In this document: positions 38,307 to 47,984 of the stretch, one piece after another | Layout: every line of letters begins with the position of its first letter | Numbering within the stretch: the stretch's first letter is position 1 | Source: Parachlamydiales bacterium | Lineage (GTDB): Bacteria; Chlamydiota; Chlamydiia; Chlamydiales; JAEYWL01 | Reading direction: 5' to 3' | NCBI GenBank assembly: GCA_020054065.1 | Contig: JAGVLX010000080.1 | Location: 1 to 58,861, forward strand | Length of the DNA stretch: 58,861 nucleotides | The notes under the pieces: generated by a model | What the model was told of the DNA's origin: nothing | Databases searched by the model: none | What the model saw: only the letters and a program-made list of their open reading frames with translations | Translations under genes and position numbers: made by a program

Positions 38307-40307
38307 TTATTTATTCCATTTTTCGTACATTTCCTGCAACTGGCGCATTTCTTTGACCCATTTCGCTTTTTCGGCGTTATAGCGGGGATCGGCGACCGGA
38401 TAGCCGAACGGATCGTCCGGTGGGATGCCTAAATATTCTAAAGAACGGCGGGCGATCTCGCGAAAAATAGGGGCGCAGCACGTCCCCCCATGATGGTTTA
38501 ATCCGATTCCCGGAATATACCCATACCACGGTTCGTCCACCGTGACGACCAGGACGAATTCCGGGTGTTCGACTGGAGCAAACCCCACAAAAGAAGAGAC
38601 ATAGAGATTATTTGCATACCCGCCCGCGATGGCTTTCATACTCGTCCCGGTCTTGCCGGCTTCCGTATATCCTGGAATATCGGCGCGACGGGATGTTCCC
38701 CCCGGCTTGGTTACGTAGCGCAGCGCCGTCACAATCCGCTGAAGTGTCTTTTCATCCAATACTTTAGGAAACTTGGCGGCCCGATCTGGATGGGTATTGT
38801 CGAGCAAAATCGTCTCGGTTCCATCGGGCAGCGTTTTAATAATCTTTCGAACAAGGGTTGGCTGTACATGGTAGCCGCCATTCGCAATCGCTGCATAGGC
38901 GATCAAAATTTGCAAACTTGTGACTTGGATATTATGGCCCATCGCCATGGAGAAAGGGGTCGGAGTGGACCATTCCGGCCGACCATTTGGGTGCAATTTA
39001 CCTGGCATGGGCAGAACGCCAGCGCTTTCAGCTGGCAATTCAATTCCGGTCTTCATCCCCATCCCAAAAACCGTTTCCAGCGCATTCCGGTACCACATGT
39101 TCCCTAATCGTTCGATGATTTTTTCAACCAATCGTGCAGGATAGATATTTGAGGATTTCTGGACCGCCATATTCATATTCAAAAATCGATGGAAATGGGT
39201 ATCGGTCAGGGGTTTAGACCGTCCGGGAAAACGGGAGTTGTCGGTCGCCATTTTGGCGTCCGGATCGAAGATGGGCAGCTGCCCTTTCGCTTTTAAGACA
39301 TCATTTGCCAAAAGCGCAATCGTGATCGTCAGCGCCTTCATGATCGAGCCCGGTTCGTTGGCATCGGTGATGGCTTTCACTTTGGTATTTTCAATCAATC
39401 TGGGATCGTTGAAGTAGCGGGTATACTCTTCTGGATTGAAGAAGGGGTATTGGGCCAGCGCATAAATTTCTCCCGTATAGGGATTCATCATCACTGCCCA
39501 TCCAGACGCAGCTTTGACTTTCTTAACCCCTTTTTCTAACTCTTCTTCAGCGATTGCTTGCAGCACATGGTTGATAGTCAGATAAATGTCAGCGCCGTTT
39601 TCCGGTTTGCTGATCACTTCGCCAATCTCCAATGAGTTGCGCGGCGAACGCATCAACCGGCGCTTGCCTTGCTTACCTTGCAAGTAGGAGTCAAAATAGA
39701 GCTCTAGCCCCCCTGTCGGCAGAGCTTGGCGCGTCGTCTCATCTTTTTGCAATTGGACAGTGTGCAGCACTTGCCCTAACAGTTTGCTGTATGGATACGA
39801 CCGTTGGTAATCGCTAATAAAGAACAAAGCGTTACGCGGGATCTCGTTCTCGCGGGCGTATCCGTTCCACCAGGTGAGGATCGCATCGCGCAAATCGCGG
39901 TCAAGCCACATGGCTAATTTGCGGCTGCGGCTTTGGCTGTCGAATTGCGCACGAAAGTGGGGCTGCTCTTCAACGGAAAGATTTAATACCGCTAATAATT
40001 GATCGGCAATGGCGCCGCGATTCTCATCCGGAATCGAGAACGGATCGATATACAAGTGGAATTTTTCCACTTCCAACACAAACGGCTGCGATTTTTCAGG
40101 ATGCCCTTTCTTGATCGATGTGTTAGAGTAAAACGTGCCGCGCTTGAACGGTTCCTTGATGATAAAGTAGTGTTGTTTGCGCCCTTCTTGTACCCATTTA
40201 TCTCCGTCGATGATCTGTAATTTAAAAAATTGAATTAACAGCAATCCGAATAAAAAAAACACTCCTAGTGCCACCCACAGCAGTCTTTTTAAATTACTTT
40301 TGGGCAT
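38307..40307 (-). CDS. ftsI: Penicillin-binding protein 3 / FtsI (class B PBP)
   Basis: N-terminal TM; EPGSIMK (SxxK), KSSN (SxN), KTGT. Confidence 0.92.
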   Translation of the reverse strand: MPKSNLKRLLWVALGVFFLFGLLLIQFFKLQIIDGDKWVQEGRKQHYFIIKEPFKRGTFYSNTSIKKGHPEKSQPFVLEVEKFHLYIDPFSIPDENRGAIADQLLAVLNLSVEEQPHFRAQFDSQSRSRKLAMWLDRDLRDAILTWWNGYARENEIPRNALFFISDYQRSYPYSKLLGQVLHTVQLQKDETTRQALPTGGLELYFDSYLQGKQGKRRLMRSPRNSLEIGEVISKPENGADIYLTINHVLQAIAEEELEKGVKKVKAASGWAVMMNPYTGEIYALAQYPFFNPEEYTRYFNDPRLIENTKVKAITDANEPGSIMKALTITIALLANDVLKAKGQLPIFDPDAKMATDNSRFPGRSKPLTDTHFHRFLNMNMAVQKSSNIYPARLVEKIIERLGNMWYRNALETVFGMGMKTGIELPAESAGVLPMPGKLHPNGRPEWSTPTPFSMAMGHNIQVTSLQILIAYAAIANGGYHVQPTLVRKIIKTLPDGTETILLDNTHPDRAAKFPKVLDEKTLQRIVTALRYVTKPGGTSRRADIPGYTEAGKTGTSMKAIAGGYANNLYVSSFVGFAPVEHPEFVLVVTVDEPWYGYIPGIGLNHHGGTCCAPIFREIARRSLEYLGIPPDDPFGYPVADPRYNAEKAKWVKEMRQLQEMYEKWNK

Positions 40308-40593
40308 GAGGGGACTCCTGGCGCGGAATGATAACCACTTGATCCAACCGCGGATATTTTAAATGGCTGAATTCCGGTTTGCGCGCCAACTCCATCAAAT
40401 GAATCGGACTTTCAAACCGGTCGATCTCGTACTGCAGGCGAGTATTTTCTTCCTGCAAGGTTTTCAGCTGCTTGGCGACAGTGGGAATATGCAAACGCAT
40501 TTGGGTGATCCGGTTTTGCTGATACACCATGCCATAAAGGGTGAGACTGATGGCCGCTACGCATAGCAAAATTTTCACCATCGTCCCATTCAT
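40294..40593 (-). CDS. ftsL: Cell division protein FtsL-like
   Basis: Small TM plus coiled-coil protein between rsmH and ftsI; LQEENTRLQYEI..ESP..L..LAR. Confidence 0.75.
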   Translation of the reverse strand: MNGTMVKILLCVAAISLTLYGMVYQQNRITQMRLHIPTVAKQLKTLQEENTRLQYEIDRFESPIHLMELARKPEFSHLKYPRLDQVVIIPRQESPHAQK

Positions 40594-41510
40594 AACTTTT
40601 CCACGATCCTCATCTTGGCACTGCGGCTGCGCGGATTCAGTTTTAATTCTTCTTCTCCGGCAGTCAAAGGCTTGCGGGTGACTAGGCGTACGATAGGATC
40701 GCGCGGCTGTGCCAGATCGACTGGAGCGTCCAAGGGAAACCGGTTTGCCGCTGCTTCCCGAAAGCGATTTTTGACGATGCGGTCTTCCAGGCTATGAAAG
40801 CTGATGATGCCTAGAATGCCGCCCGGATTCAACCGTTCAATGGCATGCGGCAGCACGGTTTCTAAGACATCGAGCTCCCGATTGACATAGATGCGCAGGC
40901 CTTGAAATACGAGGGTGTAAGGGCTGATCCCTTTTTTGAAGTAGCTCGGAAAAGCAGGTTTAAGGGCATCTACCAGATCTTTCGTCGTTTTAATCGGATG
41001 CTTGCCGCGATGGTGCACAACGGCTGCTGCGGCACGGCGCCACCGTTTTTCTTCGCCGTAATCGCGGAAGATCTCCCCTAACTCTTCTTCCGAAAATGTA
41101 TTGATCACCTCTTCTGCAGTCAATTCTGCTGTCTGGTCCATCCGCATGTCTAGCGGCCCTTCTTGCTGAAAACTAAAGCCGCGCTCTTTTTCATCTAACT
41201 GCATGGAGGACACGCCGAGGTCGATTAAAATCGCATCGGCAGATTCTTTAAGGATCGATTCTAATTCAGAAAAATTACTGTGGATCAGCTGAACACGCGA
41301 TTTCCACGGCTCGAGCCGTTTTTTTGCGATTTGCAAGGCATGCTGGTCTTGATCAATGCCGATGAATTTAGTGATCTCAGGATGCTTGTGCAACACCGCT
41401 TCTGCATGACCGCCGGCTCCAAGCGTACAATCAACGTAGGTCAAAATATGTTTGTTTTGCAAGGCCTCCAACCATTCCTGGAGAAGCACTGAAATGTGTG
41501 GATGAACCAT
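40590..41510 (-). CDS. rsmH: 16S rRNA (cytosine1402-N4)-methyltransferase RsmH/MraW
   Basis: HISVLL, DCTLGAGGHA, DLGVSSMQLD, ISFHSLEDRIVK, NPRSRSAKMR. Confidence 0.97.
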   Translation of the reverse strand: MVHPHISVLLQEWLEALQNKHILTYVDCTLGAGGHAEAVLHKHPEITKFIGIDQDQHALQIAKKRLEPWKSRVQLIHSNFSELESILKESADAILIDLGVSSMQLDEKERGFSFQQEGPLDMRMDQTAELTAEEVINTFSEEELGEIFRDYGEEKRWRRAAAAVVHHRGKHPIKTTKDLVDALKPAFPSYFKKGISPYTLVFQGLRIYVNRELDVLETVLPHAIERLNPGGILGIISFHSLEDRIVKNRFREAAANRFPLDAPVDLAQPRDPIVRLVTRKPLTAGEEELKLNPRSRSAKMRIVEKL

Positions 41511-41516
41511 GGATTC

Positions 41517-42632
41517 CTAAGTACGAAAATTTGCGTTCCGCCCGAACTCCTTTAATGTCCTGAGATGGGATTTAAAGGCCGTCCTAAAAGTCGGATATTC
41601 ATTGTAAGGGATTGTAAACTCTTCTGCAGTTTTTTTCACGATCTCTGCGATCGCCGGATAATGAACATGGCAAATATAAGGAAATAGGTGATGTTCAATC
41701 TGAAAATTTAACCCTCCGACCATATAGGATAGCACCCGGTTATGGCGTGCGAAATTCGAGGTGGTCAGCATTTCGTGCACTGCCCACTCATTAGCGATCG
41801 CTCCTAATGCATTTTTTTGCGGAAACTGCACATTTTCAACGATATGTGCTAATTGAAAGATCACCGACATATAGAAGCTACCGACACATTGGAGCGCTAC
41901 ATAGCCCAGTAAAATCTGCCACCACGGCGCCGACAGCCACACGAGCGGAACCACTAAAAACGCAAAGAGATTAGCGGCTTTTAAAAGGAGCATCTGGCGG
42001 CAATCCTTCCAGGAGAGTTCCCCCTTACGGAGCTCTCGGATCATCCAGGCGTAGTCCCCATACCAGATCCAGACAAAACTGGTCAGGCAGTATAAAAATG
42101 GCGCATACAGATGCTGAAAAGCATGGAAAGGGTATAATTTATCGGTCGGCTGCAAGCGGAGCAAAATGGCCTTATCGATATCCTCATCGTGACCCGGAAT
42201 GTTCGTAAAGGTGTGGTGATACCCATTGTGAGAAATTTTCCAGATATGGGAGCTTGTCCCGATCATATCAAACGTGTACCCTAGCCAGCGGTTGATTTTG
42301 GGATTAGAGGAGTACCCTCCGTGCAACGCATCATGCGAGATATTAAAGCCGATCAATGCCTTAACAAAACTGAGGCAGCCAAAGAGGGTGACGAGCAGCA
42401 CTCCTTGAAACCAATTTGAAAGAATAAGGGCATAAAGCCCTAAGGCACAGGTCATTAAAAGAACTGTTTTTATAACCATCTGAGAATTAGCATGATAGGA
42501 AATTCTCCGCTCCTTAAAGTAAGCGTGGACGCGCTGCTTAACGGTACTATAAAAATCATCCTTGCCCGCTCTTTTCGCAAATTTAATGGGGATTGGAGTC
42601 AAAATAGGTGGGGATTCCGTATGGTGCATCAA
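41517..42632 (-). CDS. Membrane acyl-CoA/fatty-acid desaturase
   Basis: Three His boxes HDALH, HNGYHHTFTN, QIEHHLFP; multiple TM segments. Confidence 0.92.
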   Translation of the reverse strand: MMHHTESPPILTPIPIKFAKRAGKDDFYSTVKQRVHAYFKERRISYHANSQMVIKTVLLMTCALGLYALILSNWFQGVLLVTLFGCLSFVKALIGFNISHDALHGGYSSNPKINRWLGYTFDMIGTSSHIWKISHNGYHHTFTNIPGHDEDIDKAILLRLQPTDKLYPFHAFQHLYAPFLYCLTSFVWIWYGDYAWMIRELRKGELSWKDCRQMLLLKAANLFAFLVVPLVWLSAPWWQILLGYVALQCVGSFYMSVIFQLAHIVENVQFPQKNALGAIANEWAVHEMLTTSNFARHNRVLSYMVGGLNFQIEHHLFPYICHVHYPAIAEIVKKTAEEFTIPYNEYPTFRTAFKSHLRTLKEFGRNANFRT

Positions 42633-42796
42633 TTTACCTCTTCGTTAGCCGAAATCTTGAGCCACAGGATGGAGGAAATTGTGATTTTTTGTCATAAAAT
42701 TTTAATTTATATAGGGTTGATTTATAAAAAAGCCTAAACATGTTAAAATAATCTTATGGAATAAACCGCTAGAAACCCATAAAATTTAAGATTTTT

Positions 42797-43252
42797 ATGC
42801 CTGTAACCATTGATAAGCTCGATATTGGCGTTTATATCCAATACGCAAGATCCATTCAGGTTGTTGAGCAAGTTAAGGAACAATTCCAGCTCGATAAAGC
42901 CAGTGCGATCCCGCCGAACACCCAGTTGATCGATTTTGCCCCTAAACTGGCTGAACTGGAACTGTTGATGGGAATGGTATATTCCCGCGAAAACCCCTGG
43001 GCGTTCTTCTATCCGCCGCCACGGTTCCGGGAACAACGCAAATCCCCATTTGCCCGCTACCGCAAATCAGCGTTATTATCCACCACCGAAGAGGAAGAGG
43101 AGCTGCTCGCGATTTTGGATGGAGTCGATTGCCGGACCGCAGAAGAAGAGGTAGACCGCGACATTTTGAAATCGGCTGTCAGAAAACGGAAAGCGATTAA
43201 TGATATGATCGATGATGTCATCAACCATATTGGAATGTTTGTTCAAGGATAA
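42797..43252 (+). CDS. Chlamydial conserved hypothetical protein (CT273-like by recalled gene order)
   Basis: IDKLDIGVYIQYA, WAFFYPP; lies upstream of a TPR gene; orthology is from memory, not a search. Confidence 0.6.
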   Translation: MPVTIDKLDIGVYIQYARSIQVVEQVKEQFQLDKASAIPPNTQLIDFAPKLAELELLMGMVYSRENPWAFFYPPPRFREQRKSPFARYRKSALLSTTEEEEELLAILDGVDCRTAEEEVDRDILKSAVRKRKAINDMIDDVINHIGMFVQG

Positions 43253-43271
43253 CCTGTTAACGGAAGCACGC

Positions 43272-43667
43272 ATGGCACGCATCAATTGGCTTGAGACAAT
43301 GCGCTGGAACGACGATCAGCTGGAGGAGCTGCGGTTCCTTGGGTATGCGTATTTGCGGCAAGGCAAGTACGACATCGCCATAAGCTTTTTTGAAGCGCTG
43401 TGCGTTCTAGAGCCCGATAGTGCGTATGATGCCCAAACCTTGGGTGCGCTCTATTTACAGATGGGCAATCCCGCCAAAGCCTTAAAATATTTCGACCGGG
43501 CGTTAAAATTAGACGCCGATCATTCGCCTACTCTTCTGAATTTGGCTAAAGCGTTGTTTATGCTAGGCAAAAAAGAGGAAGGGTTAAAACTCGCCAACGT
43601 CTTGAAAGAAGAGTTGAATCCAAGTATTGCGAATTACGCCAAGGCGTTAATTCTGGCGTATAGTTAA
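43272..43667 (+). CDS. TPR protein, type III secretion chaperone-like (CT274-like); longest ORF from 43212
   Basis: LRFLGYAYLRQGKYDIA..FEAL, TLGALYLQMGN, LLNLAKALFMLG TPR-like helices. Confidence 0.8.
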   Translation: MARINWLETMRWNDDQLEELRFLGYAYLRQGKYDIAISFFEALCVLEPDSAYDAQTLGALYLQMGNPAKALKYFDRALKLDADHSPTLLNLAKALFMLGKKEEGLKLANVLKEELNPSIANYAKALILAYS

Positions 43668-43690
43668 ACAGGACATTATTTATCCTGTTT
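43666..43690. repeat. Minimal GAC hairpin at a convergent junction
   Basis: AAACAGGA(C)...TCCTGTTT between two TAA stop codons. Confidence 0.6.
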
Positions 43691-44629
43691 TTATGCGGTT
43701 AAAGGAATTCCGGCGTCTTTAAAAGCTTTTTCCACAAGCGGTTTGGGATTGAAATCAGCTTTGTTTAAAACGGTGCGCTTTTGATTTCCAAGAGCTTCGA
43801 TAAATAATTCCCACGCATCTCTAATTTGAAGACCCACTTGATAATTTCTAGTTTGTTTGAGCTTCTCTTCAAAGAATGGACGCTGCTGATACATAATCGT
43901 TTTACAAAGCTGTAAAAAAGCATATCCAACTGCATCGGTAGGCCCTTTAGCTCCTTTAGCGTGAAGCTTAGCCGGGGTCTTTTGATTCAACACTCTAAGC
44001 TTCCGGTGTACATAGGAATTCAACAAATGATATTCTGCGGTCGCGTGTCTCGACGTGCTTTTTAAATGATCGATTTGAACCATGCGAGATTCAAAAAAGA
44101 GTTTCGTAAAGCGCGCATGTTTATAAGGATCTTTGAGCATATAAAATGTGTCCATTGCATTTTCCAACATGCATACGCCAAAAATAATCGGCGACCCAAG
44201 GATCCAGGTGCCAATCCAACAAACAGAGATGGAGATATTCACAAAATGATCGAATCGGTGGCCTTTATCTGTGACACATCTTTTCATATGAGTAAGCGCA
44301 ATCACAACCTGTTCGACAATCAAGCCGATATCTAAACCCACACAATCAATCGCTTTCGCAACCACGTGAGGAATAATGAGCAGACGCGCCAAGTAAGGAT
44401 GGCGATGCGCGATTTCTGCTTCCTTATGACAAAGAAATTTTGCGCACGCTAAGCTTGTTTTGAGGGATACTTGAGGAAAATTATCGGCCAAGATTCGAGA
44501 GAAAAAGGTACTTCCCCACACCTCATCAAAAAAGATCTCGCTAGGCGCGACGCCAATTTTTTGAGCTATCTTTCTGTATAAGGAAACTACAGGTTTAAAA
44601 GGAGGAAATGTAATAGCAAGATTATCCAT
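43691..44629 (-). CDS. Hypothetical protein
   Basis: 312-aa ORF with central hydrophobic segments and an AT-rich upstream region; no family recognised. Confidence 0.7.
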   Translation of the reverse strand: MDNLAITFPPFKPVVSLYRKIAQKIGVAPSEIFFDEVWGSTFFSRILADNFPQVSLKTSLACAKFLCHKEAEIAHRHPYLARLLIIPHVVAKAIDCVGLDIGLIVEQVVIALTHMKRCVTDKGHRFDHFVNISISVCWIGTWILGSPIIFGVCMLENAMDTFYMLKDPYKHARFTKLFFESRMVQIDHLKSTSRHATAEYHLLNSYVHRKLRVLNQKTPAKLHAKGAKGPTDAVGYAFLQLCKTIMYQQRPFFEEKLKQTRNYQVGLQIRDAWELFIEALGNQKRTVLNKADFNPKPLVEKAFKDAGIPLTA

Positions 44630-44689
44630 CTAATATCCTTTTGTTTATTAGATGGTATATTTTATATTAAAAATAAAATAAATTCAATG

Positions 44690-45868
44690 TTATTGTTTAG
44701 ATAATAATTTCTTTAAAGACTCACAGACACGGGTCACATCTTCTTCTGTAAGCCGGCATTGGAAAGGAAGAGCAAGGGCTTGCGAATAAAACAGCTCGGT
44801 TTGCGGGAAGTATTCACTTAAATCACCCGCTTTTTTAACAAAGAACGGATGTTTATAAACGGGAATATAGAGAACTTGGGAGCCGATATTTGCTTCGAGG
44901 AGCTTTTTCATGAGATCGGCGCGTGTGATTTTGAATCGGCTGAAGTCGATTTGCACCACAAAGAGATGGTAGTTGCTGAACTCATCCCAACGGGGATCCG
45001 ATAGCGTGATTCCTGCGACATTTGCAAGTTGGGAGCGATAATGCTTCACCAAATCAGCGCGGTGTTGAATAAATTGATCTAATCGCTTCAACTGTGAAAG
45101 GCCTAAAGCAGCTTGAAATTCAGTAAAATTGAAGTTTCCCGTCACTGCTTGAATTTCATACCACCAAGGATTTTGGGGGCAGTGTATTTTCTCTGGATTG
45201 CGTTCAATGCCATTGTTGCGGTATAGGAGCAATTTTTGATAAAGCTCCTCATCATTAGTCAACACCATCCCTCCCTCGCCGGTGGTGATGTGCTTGTTGG
45301 GATGGAAGCTAAACACCGTCATATGGCTCCAGGCGCACGATCCAACCAGTTCTCCGGAAGGATAGCGTGAGCCCAACGCATGGGCGGCATCTTCAATGAC
45401 AATCGTATCAGGGTTTTTGATGAGAGCATCGATGCGACGCATATCGAGAGGGATGCCGGCATAGTGGACCGCCATGAAGATTTCCCGTCCGCGGCTGGAT
45501 GGGCGGTTGAGGTTAAACTCCAGGAGATTCATATCCAAATTTCCGGTCGTGCGATCAAGATCGATAAAAACCGGCGTCGCATCAGCATGAATGGCGCCCG
45601 TCAAGGAGCCGATGAATGTATTGGGAGTCGTCACAATCCGGTCATTTTGATTAGTCCCAGCGGCAAAATAAGTGGCATCAAGCGCGCTGGTCCCGTTAGT
45701 AAAGGCGACACCGTATTTTGCTCCGCAGTAATCAGCGATTTTTTGCTCGAACTCGCGTACGAGAGGTCCACGGGTGATCAGCTCACCGGTTAACGCATGG
45801 GCAACCGCTTCCGTATCTTCCGGAGAGATCGACTGGCAGGCATAGGGTAAAAAGGGAGGTTTACTCAT
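44690..45868 (-). CDS. DegT/DnrJ/EryC1/StrS PLP-dependent sugar aminotransferase (PseC-like)
   Basis: LPYACQSI, GPLVREFE, EDAAHALG, SFHPNKHITTGEGG. Confidence 0.9.
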   Translation of the reverse strand: MSKPPFLPYACQSISPEDTEAVAHALTGELITRGPLVREFEQKIADYCGAKYGVAFTNGTSALDATYFAAGTNQNDRIVTTPNTFIGSLTGAIHADATPVFIDLDRTTGNLDMNLLEFNLNRPSSRGREIFMAVHYAGIPLDMRRIDALIKNPDTIVIEDAAHALGSRYPSGELVGSCAWSHMTVFSFHPNKHITTGEGGMVLTNDEELYQKLLLYRNNGIERNPEKIHCPQNPWWYEIQAVTGNFNFTEFQAALGLSQLKRLDQFIQHRADLVKHYRSQLANVAGITLSDPRWDEFSNYHLFVVQIDFSRFKITRADLMKKLLEANIGSQVLYIPVYKHPFFVKKAGDLSEYFPQTELFYSQALALPFQCRLTEEDVTRVCESLKKLLSKQ

Positions 45869-45961
45869 AGTCGAGAGAAGATTACCACAACGGTTATTTG
45901 GATTCTAGATCGTAATCATGCGATTTGCTACCCTACGTGATTAATTTAAGGCTTAATTCTC

Positions 45962-47560
45962 ATGAAAGAGCATACCCTATTTTCCGAATACCTTTCCCAA
46001 ACGCAGAAATTGACCATCGCTTTGGACCGCGGCGAACATCCGCTTCACGATCTACTCGACTGGGTGGATCAGCAAATGCCCTTGTTTCCTTCGATGCCCG
46101 CCTATCAACATTTTTTTAAAGCGGAGAAGGCGTTTTACAAAGGAATGTATGAGCAGGCATTAAAAAGTTACTTGCTCGCGCGTGAGATCCCTGAATTCCC
46201 TTTCTTCTGCTACCGCGCTTCTGCGTATGTTTCCCACAAAATGGGACAAAAAGCGAAAGCGCTGCAATTTACTCAAAAAGCGCTGACGATCCGCCCTAAT
46301 GACTATGTCACATTAAAGATGTTGCAGCAGCTTAACCGAAACGAATCCTCAAACACCTCTGCAAGCCTTGAAACAGAAACGCCGCCGCCGTTTGACGATC
46401 GGGAACTCGAGGAGTTGAATCATATTTTTCAATCCACTTCCGAACCGACGGAAGCGCTGTTCAGTGCTGAGACCTCCGCAGTTGTTCCACCTTTGGAATT
46501 CTTGCCACCCAAAACTGTGCCAGCGCAGATTCAGCGCGCGATTGAAAAAGAACACACCGAGATGGTGGAGGAGTACCGCTTACGGATCCAATCACGAGCT
46601 CATCCATTGGATCATTTTTGCATGGTGCTGCAAAACTGGAATCTCTGGAGCCGCAATGAAATCCCCCTTTTAGCTACCTCTGAAGCAGTGCGCGCGTTTA
46701 GAAGCGGAGTGTTTTTAAAATGGAAAGGGATAGGGATTGCGATCAACCCTGGACGCGGGTTTTTGGAACAACTGCATATCCATGGGTTGTTCGTCACGGA
46801 TATCGATATCGTTATCGTGACTCGCAACGAACCGGAAGCCTATACCGATTTAACCGCACTCTATCACTTGAACTACCAATTAAACAAAGACGCCAAAGAG
46901 CTGCATGTCCTCCAATGCTATTTAACCCAGCCCGTGTATCAACGCACGCATCGGGAGTTGCGCCCCAATTTCAAACAGGAAAAAGGAACGCTGCATACGC
47001 TCGATCTATTTTCAGATGCGCCCCATGGCGAAAAAGCGATCTTAGCCGCTGGCATCCAGCTGCACTATTTTGCGTTAGGCTCGGAACATCTTGGGTGTGT
47101 CTTGGAATTGTCCGAGCATGAACATCAATGCAAGATTGGGTTGCTGTCTGACGCGCCTTGGGATCCGCAAGCAGTAGACCCTTTTGCGGCATGCGATGTG
47201 TTGATTGGGTCTATTGGAAAGACGAACGGCGATGATTTTAATTTCCGGCGTGCTCCCTCCACCCACTTAGGGTTGTCAGGACTCAAGCAGGCTGCTCAAT
47301 TGACTAAACCTAAGCTGCTTATTGCGTGCGAACTGGATGGAAGTTATGGCGATATCCGGTACGATGCCCTTCGCAAATTGCGGCATGAGGTGAACGGCTC
47401 GATTTTACCGGGTGAATCCGGGTTATGTGTGGATTTATATACATTAGCAGTAAAACCTCCAGATTTGGACCGCTTTTACCCGGTCCATGAAATCAAGCTC
47501 TTGAATGGGGCTGAGCCCTTTGCGCCGCTAAGATTCACTACCGCCGATCAGATTTTATAA
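45962..47560 (+). CDS. Hypothetical protein: N-terminal TPR-like region plus degenerate metallo-beta-lactamase-like region
   Basis: AEKAFYKGMYEQALKSY...ALQFTQKALTIRPND (TPR-like); IAINPGRGF..DIDIVIVTRNEPEAY resembles an MBL core lacking HxHxDH. Confidence 0.55.
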   Translation: MKEHTLFSEYLSQTQKLTIALDRGEHPLHDLLDWVDQQMPLFPSMPAYQHFFKAEKAFYKGMYEQALKSYLLAREIPEFPFFCYRASAYVSHKMGQKAKALQFTQKALTIRPNDYVTLKMLQQLNRNESSNTSASLETETPPPFDDRELEELNHIFQSTSEPTEALFSAETSAVVPPLEFLPPKTVPAQIQRAIEKEHTEMVEEYRLRIQSRAHPLDHFCMVLQNWNLWSRNEIPLLATSEAVRAFRSGVFLKWKGIGIAINPGRGFLEQLHIHGLFVTDIDIVIVTRNEPEAYTDLTALYHLNYQLNKDAKELHVLQCYLTQPVYQRTHRELRPNFKQEKGTLHTLDLFSDAPHGEKAILAAGIQLHYFALGSEHLGCVLELSEHEHQCKIGLLSDAPWDPQAVDPFAACDVLIGSIGKTNGDDFNFRRAPSTHLGLSGLKQAAQLTKPKLLIACELDGSYGDIRYDALRKLRHEVNGSILPGESGLCVDLYTLAVKPPDLDRFYPVHEIKLLNGAEPFAPLRFTTADQIL

Positions 47561-47627
47561 AACACAGGACCAAGACAAACACGACACACAGGACAAACAG
47601 GACCAAAAAAATTTGTCCTGGTCGTTT
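47561..47627. repeat. 9-bp-period GAC element filling a convergent junction
   Basis: CAGGACCAAGACAAACACGACACACAGGACAAACAGGACC plus a short right arm GTCCTGGTCGT. Confidence 0.85.
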
Positions 47628-47984
47628 TTAGGGGTGTTTAGGGAGGACGATCGGCTGAATGGTAAAAAATGACCAAAACGTCTGCTGATGACTCATGAAG
47701 TCGTTCATGTTAACGAAAAACTCAGCATTTAACATGTTGTCTTTCGAAAATAGATGACCAAGCGGGAATAGCAAGATTCCGGTCAGTTCCAAGGCAAGCG
47801 GGAGCAACGGCCAGGCGGTGCGATGCTTGATACACTGCGGCACAACCATCACGATATCAAAGAGAGTAAAAAAGGGTGTCACGACCACCGAAACAAGAAG
47901 GGCTATTGGCCATTTAGCTAGCGACTTTCCCTGCCATTCGTTTAATTGAACATTGATATAGCTGCTCGTCGCTAATACCTTCAT
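47628..47984 (-). CDS. Small hypothetical membrane protein
   Basis: Two hydrophobic stretches; ATGA overlap with the aroDE stop. Confidence 0.6.
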   Translation of the reverse strand: MKVLATSSYINVQLNEWQGKSLAKWPIALLVSVVVTPFFTLFDIVMVVPQCIKHRTAWPLLPLALELTGILLFPLGHLFSKDNMLNAEFFVNMNDFMSHQQTFWSFFTIQPIVLPKHP

